A stretch of DNA of 27,029 bases from a virus (lineage: Duplodnaviria > Caudoviricetes): positions 1-27,029 of the IMG/VR virus record IMGVR_UViG_3300030330_000237; one strand, given 5' to 3'. The notes under the pieces are model-generated. The model had not been told where the DNA came from and searched no databases. It saw only the letters and a list, made by a program, of their open reading frames with translations. The position numbers and the translations under genes were made by a program. This document shows positions 8,221 through 14,973 of this stretch, one piece after another; within the stretch, counting starts at the first letter, position 1, and every line of letters begins with the position of its first letter.

Positions 8221-8931
8221 TTACAGTTCAGTTGTTGCTGTACGTTCTTTTAAAGCCTCAACATAATCAACCGTCAGCACCTTAGCCGCAGCTGCACCGT
8301 TTTGTATACCGAAAGATACGTTGAGTTCTTCATTGTCTGGAGCGTTAGTATTAACTACTGTGCCAGCCTCTACATTGTTTTGATAGACGCGAAACTTTTG
8401 ATCTCTTGGATTGTAAACAAAACCAATAGTCATAAAAGTGTCATCTGCCAGTGAATTAGGCAAAGTTAAAGTGGACTGTGTGCTATCTTTCTCTACGATA
8501 AAATCAATAGTCGCAGCACCATCCGCTTTTAAAAAGAATATGCCGTCTGTAACGTCTAAAGGCGTTGTATCAGTCAACTGTAACCCAGCTACTATGTCAG
8601 ATTGTGTGGCGTCATTAGCCTTAAATCTGAAAAAGAAAGCCAACTGTTTTGTAGTTTCATACAAAAAACCTTCTTTTTTTAATTGGAAAAAGTCATGGTC
8701 ATTGTCACCAGCTGCGTTTGTGATTTGTAATAAACCACCATCGCCATCAATGAGCGCCTCAGCAGCAGAGCCAGAGCCATCCTCAGTAGTTGTAATAGTA
8801 AAATCACCAGCATTGTAGATATTGAAATCTTCAAAATAAGAGTGATATTTTCGGTTTGAAGGTTCTTTTAACAAACCTCCAGATCCGGTGGAGCTTACAT
8901 TTGTAACCCCCGAAGTAAAATGCGTAGTCAT
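8221..8931 (-). CDS. Virion structural protein (lectin/jelly-roll-like, possible minor capsid protein)
   Basis: 236 aa, beta-rich, strong AAGGAGG RBS; first structural gene after the accessory cassette. Confidence 0.6.
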   Translation of the reverse strand: MTTHFTSGVTNVSSTGSGGLLKEPSNRKYHSYFEDFNIYNAGDFTITTTEDGSGSAAEALIDGDGGLLQITNAAGDNDHDFFQLKKEGFLYETTKQLAFFFRFKANDATQSDIVAGLQLTDTTPLDVTDGIFFLKADGAATIDFIVEKDSTQSTLTLPNSLADDTFMTIGFVYNPRDQKFRVYQNNVEAGTVVNTNAPDNEELNVSFGIQNGAAAAKVLTVDYVEALKERTATTEL

Positions 8932-8955
8932 AATCAGCCTCCTTATAAATAGCCA

Positions 8956-8976
8956 TTACGGGCACCATGCCCGTAA
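8956..8976 (-). promoter_or_regulatory. Perfect inverted repeat / 5' leader hairpin
   Basis: TTACGGGCA-TGG-TGCCCGTAA, 9-bp stem with no U-tract, just upstream of the AAGGAGG RBS. Confidence 0.6.
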
Positions 8977-9012
8977 CAATTAATCGTACGCTTTGATATT
9001 ACTATTTAGGCT

Positions 9013-9492
9013 TTAAAAAAACAATATTGTTTTCAATTCTTCTATAGTCTCGTCAATGTCCGTATGTAAGATACCAATGCCGCCTGCGTCCTCCCAAGCC
9101 TTTACATTAGATTTTTTATCGTCTACTAGAATGTCACCTTTTTTTGCAAAGATGGCTTTGTGCTTACCTTTGAGCGTGGAAGTAACGACTACGTTGTAAT
9201 CAACGTGTTCTCTAATCCAATTTATTTTGTCGGCTACCACCAGAGGTCTTTCGATCTCACCTGAGCAAGTTAAGATCTCCCAAGGCAAGCCTGTTTGTTT
9301 TACATAAGATACAAGCTTTAGCATGTTAGGCATTGGCGGTAAATTTTTAAATAATCTTTTGAGTATAAGATTTTTTTTGGTGTCGTCGTATTGTTCTTCG
9401 CTTTTCAAAGGGCCATCTAAATAATCAGGCCCTTGCACACCGTTTACAAAGTCTGCCAAAACTCCGTCCATATCTAAGTATATTTTCGTCAC
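9013..9492 (-). CDS. HAD-family 5'(3')-deoxyribonucleotidase (NT5C-like)
   Basis: Motif I YLDMDGVLADF, ILTCS, K-x2-WI, motif IV ILVDD, WEDAGGIGILH. Confidence 0.85.
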   Translation of the reverse strand: MTKIYLDMDGVLADFVNGVQGPDYLDGPLKSEEQYDDTKKNLILKRLFKNLPPMPNMLKLVSYVKQTGLPWEILTCSGEIERPLVVADKINWIREHVDYNVVVTSTLKGKHKAIFAKKGDILVDDKKSNVKAWEDAGGIGILHTDIDETIEELKTILFF

Positions 9493-9839
9493 TACTTATC
9501 CTCCACTACACAATGTTTCCAGCTGGCGTATGGTTCGCAAAACAAACCAGCCTTTTCAAAATTTTTATCAAGCTTTACCTCAAAATCGTAATCAGGATAA
9601 TCAGCATCATAAGGATTCATAGCGTCCCAACCAGGCCCACCGTCACAAGTAAAGCAAAACTCCTCCTCATGGTCGTATTCAGGTACGAAAAACCACTCCT
9701 CTGGTCCATTTTTGTTCATGTCTGGATCTTTCCACTCAACTAATATTTTGTCGTTTTCTGCATAAGCTTTATAAAAGTCATAATGCTCATTTATGGTTTT
9801 GACCAAAACTTTTTCAATTTTAGGTTTTAAGTTTTTCAT
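9492..9839 (-). CDS. Hypothetical acidic protein (accessory cassette)
   Basis: 115 aa, AGGAGGT RBS. Confidence 0.8.
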   Translation of the reverse strand: MKNLKPKIEKVLVKTINEHYDFYKAYAENDKILVEWKDPDMNKNGPEEWFFVPEYDHEEEFCFTCDGGPGWDAMNPYDADYPDYDFEVKLDKNFEKAGLFCEPYASWKHCVVEDK

Positions 9840-10273
9840 TACGCTACCTCCTCAGTTGGCACATATTTTTTTACAGCCTCGTCGATACTGCCAAGAAATA
9901 TCAACTCAACTTTATCTTCAATTTTATCGCCGACAACGTAATATTTATGTTGCCAAATCTCTACCATACTGTCGCCGTAGATTACATAGTGATAGGACAA
10001 ATCGCCATGATCTTTATAGTTGTCAGTGAACCATTTGGCACTGTTTGTGATTTCAGGACAAGCCATAAAACCTGTAACCATCTTATCTCTTTCGTGGTTA
10101 AGGTTTTCGCCAAACTCATCTGTCGGTAACTTGTTACCGTAATCTTTAGCGGCTTTTATCCAACTAATAGCGCCAGCTGGGTAGCCGTCGTGGTGTTTAT
10201 AAATAGTAATTGCATTTTCACCTACATGATTTTTACCTTCATGTTTAAAAACGTAACATGCTCTAGTGCTCAT
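9839..10273 (-). CDS. Hypothetical protein with MSTR...YxHxDGYP motif
   Basis: 144 aa; the N-terminal MSTRA and IYKHHDGYP motif recurs in phage early genes. AAGGAGG RBS. Confidence 0.8.
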   Translation of the reverse strand: MSTRACYVFKHEGKNHVGENAITIYKHHDGYPAGAISWIKAAKDYGNKLPTDEFGENLNHERDKMVTGFMACPEITNSAKWFTDNYKDHGDLSYHYVIYGDSMVEIWQHKYYVVGDKIEDKVELIFLGSIDEAVKKYVPTEEVA

Positions 10274-10722
10274 TCATCCTCCTTGGTTTGGTTAATTAAA
10301 TCATTGTGTTTTTTTAGAAAGTACAAAGCGGCTTGTGCTTTTTCTAAATCACTATAAAAGATTCTTTTAGTGTTATCGTGTCTTGGATAGTCCGCTAAAC
10401 TTTCGTCGTGATAAATGTCGTATTGCTCAAGCATGTTTAAATATGCGGTATTGTCATAACATGGTTGAGTACCATCCATGTAATCAACAAGTCTCATGCC
10501 TGTCATTTTGTTTGGAAGTTTAATGCTGTACTTAGGATAAGGCGATTCTGTATATTGTCTGCTGCCGTTTTTATCGTAATAATTGTAAGCGTCTTTCACT
10601 ATCTCTAGTTCAGCCTTCATAAACTCATCATACTCTTTAGAGTATTTTGAAACATTTTTAAAGTTTTTCATAAAGTTTTCCTCAATCATCAAATCATCTT
10701 TTATATATAAAATACTAGCCAT
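10270..10722 (-). CDS. Hypothetical protein (accessory cassette)
   Basis: 150 aa, Y/D/K-rich, AAGGAGGT RBS. Confidence 0.8.
   Translation of the reverse strand: MASILYIKDDLMIEENFMKNFKNVSKYSKEYDEFMKAELEIVKDAYNYYDKNGSRQYTESPYPKYSIKLPNKMTGMRLVDYMDGTQPCYDNTAYLNMLEQYDIYHDESLADYPRHDNTKRIFYSDLEKAQAALYFLKKHNDLINQTKEDE
10277..10297 (-). repeat. 21-bp direct repeat containing the RBS (second copy at 10950..10970)
   Basis: AATTAACCAAACCAAGGAGGA is identical at both sites. Confidence 0.9.
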
Positions 10723-10735
10723 TACGCTACCTCCT
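10720..10735 (-). repeat. 16-bp direct repeat, RBS plus start codon (second copy at 9837..9852)
   Basis: AGGAGGTAGCGTAATG is identical at both sites. Confidence 0.9.
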
Positions 10736-10944
10736 TAATTAAGTGCTCTAGGTTTGTCGTGATGATATTTTTCATCATTTTCTGAAAAGTAAACGTTAGA
10801 TTCTTTTCCATATCTAATAATTTTTCTTTCATACAAAGTTTGAATATCAAGAGGCGCTAAACCGTCATTGATCGTATTCAAAACTTCGTCCCTATCTTCT
10901 TCACTATCACATTTAATGATTATGTTGTAAGTTTCTTTAGCCAT
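10735..10944 (-). CDS. Hypothetical protein, first gene of the accessory cassette
   Basis: 69 aa, AAGGAGG RBS, directly downstream of the promoter. Confidence 0.75.
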   Translation of the reverse strand: MAKETYNIIIKCDSEEDRDEVLNTINDGLAPLDIQTLYERKIIRYGKESNVYFSENDEKYHHDKPRALN

Positions 10945-10987
10945 TTTTTTCCTCCTTGGTTTGGTTAATTGAATGTCTCACATAGAC

Positions 10988-11016
10988 ATATTACAGATAT
11001 TTGCAAATTATTACAA
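10988..11016 (-). promoter_or_regulatory. Sigma70-type promoter for the accessory cassette
   Basis: -35 TTGTAA (11016-11011), 17-nt spacer, -10 TAATAT (10993-10988), AT-rich upstream region. Confidence 0.65.
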
Positions 11017-11052
11017 CTATTTACAACAATAAATATTAAATATTTTAGACAT

Positions 11053-11078
11053 AAAAAAAGGGCCCTTTCGGGCCCTTT
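11053..11078 (-). terminator. Rho-independent terminator after the major capsid gene
   Basis: AAAGGGCCC-GAAA-GGGCCCTTTTTTT: GC stem, GNRA loop, U7 tract. Confidence 0.9.
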
Positions 11079-11114
11079 GTAACACTGAGTAATAAAGTGT
11101 GTTACGACTTCAAA

Positions 11115-12032
11115 TTACGCGCCTTGAGATCCAAAGATTCCTCTCCAATCAGAGAAACCAAATGAATATCTCTCTCTAGCCTTGTATCTAATGTTACCAG
11201 TAGAGAAGTCTGGTTCCATAGAAGTCTCCATTGGAGATCTTTGGAACATTTTGAGGCCTTCACCTGCATCTGTAACAGAAGTTAAGATGAAGTAGGCATC
11301 AGGGTCAGACAGATAATGATTAACCGAATAACCACCAGGCACTACGCCAGTGTTGTTAATCGCGTTAAGGTCATTGTCAGCCGTACCTGTTCTGCCTTGT
11401 GAGTTTAATATTCTGTCAGCAACAAAAACGAGTTGCGGAGGAACGATTAAACGTGAGGCCTGTACGCTTATGATAAGTCCACGATCATCCGTAAAGGTTG
11501 ATATATCAATTAGATTATCTTCCAAAGATGCTTCGTTAAGGTCAGCCATAGTAGTCGCTCTGTTTGCAGCAGTTCCGCCACCGCTAAGTGGGTGATCTGT
11601 TGCAATTAGTGATTTACCATCGCCACCTGTAAAGCTGGATGAGAAAGCGTTATTTAAAACATCTGCGCCTTTGACTTCCTTAGTGTTAGCCATAGACATT
11701 GCTAATGCTTTAACATATCTCTTTCCAAGACTGTCATACAGATTGTCCTCAACAGCCTCTTCAGTTAAAGCAAACGCTAAACTCACAGTGTCGTGAGTGT
11801 AACGAGCTGTATAACTTTCAGATGCGTTATCGAATTGGACGCCTTGCCCCTCTGATTTAAGAGGCGCAGAACCAAATCCAGTAATTAACACTTCTTCTTC
11901 AAATGCTCTGTTTGAATCCTCGATAGCAAATATATCTTCATACTCTCTATCGTAGGTATCATAGGACATTCCAAAAAGTGCGTTTAAGCCAGGCTCTAGT
12001 TCTTTAGCTAGTTGTGCTCTTGATATAGCCAT
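11115..12032 (-). CDS. Major capsid protein (HK97 fold, Mu gpT-like)
   Basis: 305 aa, MAISRAQLAKELEPGLNALFG...LIVPPQL...YKARERYSFGFSDWRG; strong RBS; followed by a terminator. Confidence 0.9.
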   Translation of the reverse strand: MAISRAQLAKELEPGLNALFGMSYDTYDREYEDIFAIEDSNRAFEEEVLITGFGSAPLKSEGQGVQFDNASESYTARYTHDTVSLAFALTEEAVEDNLYDSLGKRYVKALAMSMANTKEVKGADVLNNAFSSSFTGGDGKSLIATDHPLSGGGTAANRATTMADLNEASLEDNLIDISTFTDDRGLIISVQASRLIVPPQLVFVADRILNSQGRTGTADNDLNAINNTGVVPGGYSVNHYLSDPDAYFILTSVTDAGEGLKMFQRSPMETSMEPDFSTGNIRYKARERYSFGFSDWRGIFGSQGA

Positions 12033-12043
12033 TATTTATCTCC

Positions 12044-12631
12044 TTATGCTAAACCAGCACCTTTCTGTCCCATAATGTGATTTTGTATCACACACAGTAC
12101 ATTGGTGTTAGCCGATGAAACATCGTCGTTATCGGGATCCTGAGATATATCGAGTGCTTTCAATGGCAACGTAGCTGTAGTAGCTCCAGTTGTCACGTCT
12201 AGCTCTGCGTTAGATATTCCAGACGAAGTATCGCCAACTGGTGATCCATCAACAATGTCGAAATTTCCGAACAAGTCAGCAACAGGCATAGCTGCGTCTG
12301 CTTGTACTTCAAAGACAACATTAGGATCATCAATGACGCTTGCAATTATATCCGAGGCAGCAATGCTACCAGGATAATGATTTTTGAATACTTGCTCGCT
12401 TGTGGTTGGATCGGTGTATTGAACTCCATTAAACACGCCGACAATCGGAACAGTTCCAGTTGCGGTATGTCTGCCTATTGTTCCAGCTGTTAGTTGAGTA
12501 ACTAAATCACCTTGAAATATAGGTGTAGTAGCACCACTAGCAATTCTGTATCTGGATTGTCCTCCAGAGTAAGGTGCTCCGCCCATCATGCGAACAGGTT
12601 TACATCCAAATGCGCTATTATTATTAGCCAT
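12044..12631 (-). CDS. Capsid decoration/cement protein
   Basis: 195 aa, IFQGDLV...VGVFNG...DDPNVVFEVQAD; immediately upstream of the major capsid gene. Confidence 0.65.
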   Translation of the reverse strand: MANNNSAFGCKPVRMMGGAPYSGGQSRYRIASGATTPIFQGDLVTQLTAGTIGRHTATGTVPIVGVFNGVQYTDPTTSEQVFKNHYPGSIAASDIIASVIDDPNVVFEVQADAAMPVADLFGNFDIVDGSPVGDTSSGISNAELDVTTGATTATLPLKALDISQDPDNDDVSSANTNVLCVIQNHIMGQKGAGLA

Positions 12632-12655
12632 AAGATATTCTCCTATTTATGATTG

Positions 12656-13135
12656 TTACTTTTTCCCAAAAGTAACATTAGATCTTCTATCAGCATCATA
12701 TTTCACATATCTGCTATCTTTTTTAGATTCACTAAACATAGTATTGTCTAATGCCTCTTTTTTCATCGCAGTTTGATCCTCATAATAAGCGTTACGCTCA
12801 TTTTTTGTTTCAACAGGAATTTTCGCTAATAAAAGTCCTTCACTATAAACTAAGCCAGCATGTCTTCCAGAGTCAGCAGTTGGAAACTCGTATTCTGCTG
12901 GAAGGTCGGTACCCCTTACGAGCTCCCATCCTTCTCTAATACGCCTTGCCACATTTGCTTTATCTTCCTGTCCCAACATGGATTCTCTTATCCAACGATA
13001 TTCGTACCCTTCTGGTGGTTCTGGAACCTCTAGTTTTCTTACCGGCCTCCATGGTTTTCTGCGAGTGTTATTATCGTGAGACTCGGATTCACGGGATATT
13101 CTGGTTTGCACGTTTTCGTTAATTTCTTCTGTCAT
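12656..13135 (-). CDS. Hypothetical head-module protein
   Basis: 159 aa, PEPPEGYEYRWIR...REGWELV; lies between scaffold and capsid genes. Confidence 0.75.
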   Translation of the reverse strand: MTEEINENVQTRISRESESHDNNTRRKPWRPVRKLEVPEPPEGYEYRWIRESMLGQEDKANVARRIREGWELVRGTDLPAEYEFPTADSGRHAGLVYSEGLLLAKIPVETKNERNAYYEDQTAMKKEALDNTMFSESKKDSRYVKYDADRRSNVTFGKK

Positions 13136-14052
13136 TTTGCCTCCCTTGTTGCTAGTTTTTGTTTTTCTTTAGCGACAGATTTCAACCACGCCTCATCTGA
13201 CATGCCGTGTGGTTTCAATCCTTGTAGAGTTTCGACTTCGGATTTACTAAAACGTACGCCGTTCTCTTTGCCCTGTGTTTTTTGTCGACTGCCTACGGCA
13301 GCTGAGGCGACTCTTTGCACAGCGGGTCGGTCCTCATTTTGCTCAACATTATCAGATCTAAGATCTGGATAAACTTTATATATTCTGTTATTTAACTCAT
13401 TGTAGTAATCATCAGAGTCTAAATCGTAACCTTCATAAGCCAACGTATTGTGAACGTGTTGGGCCCAAGCAGTAGCCTCCATGTTCTCGTTAAACCATGG
13501 ATTTTTAGATGCCCAAGCTAAAGCCTCTTTAGTTGGTTGTACTATTTGCTGTTGTTGCTGTAAATCAGGTTGTGTTACAACATTTTGAGTGGAGCTTGTG
13601 TCAGCTATCTGTTCTTGTTTTTGTTTAGCAAGCCTTACTTTTTCTTTTTGTAAAGCTACCTCACTTTTCAAAGTATCAGCTTTGGACATCAAAGACGCAT
13701 CGCCAGAACTAACCGCTTTTTCATAAAGATCGTTGGCCTCTCTCTCTTTAGATTGTACGTTCTCCTCTTCTTTTTCCAATAAAGTTCTTTGCGCTTGCGC
13801 TGCTTGATGGTAATAGTTGTTTACCTCTTGCTCTTTTTGTCGTAAAGCCGCCTCAAGTTGATTGGCTCTTTCTTCTGTTTCTCTGTTTCTAGCATTAAGT
13901 TTGTTAATCCTTTTAGAAACATTTTTAGTGTAATTTTCTAATTCTTCATCGTTAGAGGCGGTTACTTCTTCCGTGGCGTCGGTTTCTGCAACCTCTATGT
14001 TAATCTCCTCAACCTCTGGTTGAGTAATTTTGTCATCGTTTTCGACTGTCAT
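13132..14052 (-). CDS. Capsid scaffolding protein
   Basis: 306 aa, acidic N-terminus and long E/Q/K coiled coil (VSKRINKL); between portal and capsid genes. Confidence 0.7.
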   Translation of the reverse strand: MTVENDDKITQPEVEEINIEVAETDATEEVTASNDEELENYTKNVSKRINKLNARNRETEERANQLEAALRQKEQEVNNYYHQAAQAQRTLLEKEEENVQSKEREANDLYEKAVSSGDASLMSKADTLKSEVALQKEKVRLAKQKQEQIADTSSTQNVVTQPDLQQQQQIVQPTKEALAWASKNPWFNENMEATAWAQHVHNTLAYEGYDLDSDDYYNELNNRIYKVYPDLRSDNVEQNEDRPAVQRVASAAVGSRQKTQGKENGVRFSKSEVETLQGLKPHGMSDEAWLKSVAKEKQKLATREAK

Positions 14053-14486
14053 AAGCTTACTATATCATCTGGATCGAGAATTGTGGCTATCACTTCATCA
14101 TCATTGATGATTCTTACTTCTGCACCTTCCTCAAGTTTAAACCTAGAGCCAGAGTAGCGCCCTATCAAAACCCATTGTTTTTCTTCTACCCACGGTTTTT
14201 CTCCATATCTAGCTGTATCGTTATAACATAGCGGTCCCATTTTAACCACATAAGCTACTACTGTTGCTAACGCCTCACGATCTTTGGTTTCTTTAGCTAA
14301 GACTATGCCTCCTTTTGTTTTAACTTTACCTGCGTAGGGTAAAACCAACATACGCCAACCAGTAGGTTGTGGCATACGGTCAAGTATTGAGGCATCTAAT
14401 TTTTCTGGATCTAAAACCCTTTCATTAGGCTCTACATAAGCCTCTGCGACTTTCGTTGCAGCGTTGGGGTTGATTATTTTTGACAT
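14049..14486 (-). CDS. groES: Co-chaperonin GroES/Cpn10
   Basis: PTGWRMLV, mobile loop KTKGGIVL, VVKMGP, VLIGRYSG, RIINDDEVIATI. Confidence 0.9.
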   Translation of the reverse strand: MSKIINPNAATKVAEAYVEPNERVLDPEKLDASILDRMPQPTGWRMLVLPYAGKVKTKGGIVLAKETKDREALATVVAYVVKMGPLCYNDTARYGEKPWVEEKQWVLIGRYSGSRFKLEEGAEVRIINDDEVIATILDPDDIVSL

Positions 14487-14668
14487 TAAATTTCTTTTGC
14501 TAAATCACTAATCTCATTTGCAATAAAGTATAAAGCATTAAGCTCACCTTGCAAATATTTATAATGTTCCATATCTTTGAGACTGCCCGACATTAGGGTT
14601 TCTTGTATCTGCGATTCCCTAAGTTCAATCTTTTTTTTGATCTGGTCTATAAAAGATATATCCATCAA
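14486..14668 (-). CDS. Small hypothetical head-module protein
   Basis: 60 aa, helical, translationally coupled at both ends. Confidence 0.75.
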   Translation of the reverse strand: MMDISFIDQIKKKIELRESQIQETLMSGSLKDMEHYKYLQGELNALYFIANEISDLAKEI

Positions 14669-14973
14669 TTACTTTTTTTAGGCCTACCTCTTTTTTTCGG
14701 TGCTGCTTTTGTTTCTGCCTTTTTTGTTGTGGTTTTTTTCGTTGCAGTTTTTTTGACAGGTTTTTCTTCTGCTTTAGTTTCTACAACAGGATCTTCTACA
14801 GGCAAACCAGCTTCAATTCTGGCCATTTTTTTAGCAATCCTTTCAGCATTGGCTTGATCTCTTTTTTCGGCCGCATCTCTAGCAGCCTTTAACTCTAGGG
14901 CCTCCCTAGCTCTATCCTCTTTTTTTTGTGCCTTTAGAGCTTTTATGGCCTCTAATTTATAAGATGTTGTCAT
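14665..14973 (-). CDS. Basic protein with histone H1-like tail and AT-hook
   Basis: C-terminus KKTATKKTTTKKAETKAAPKKRGRPKK. Confidence 0.7.
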   Translation of the reverse strand: MTTSYKLEAIKALKAQKKEDRAREALELKAARDAAEKRDQANAERIAKKMARIEAGLPVEDPVVETKAEEKPVKKTATKKTTTKKAETKAAPKKRGRPKKSN

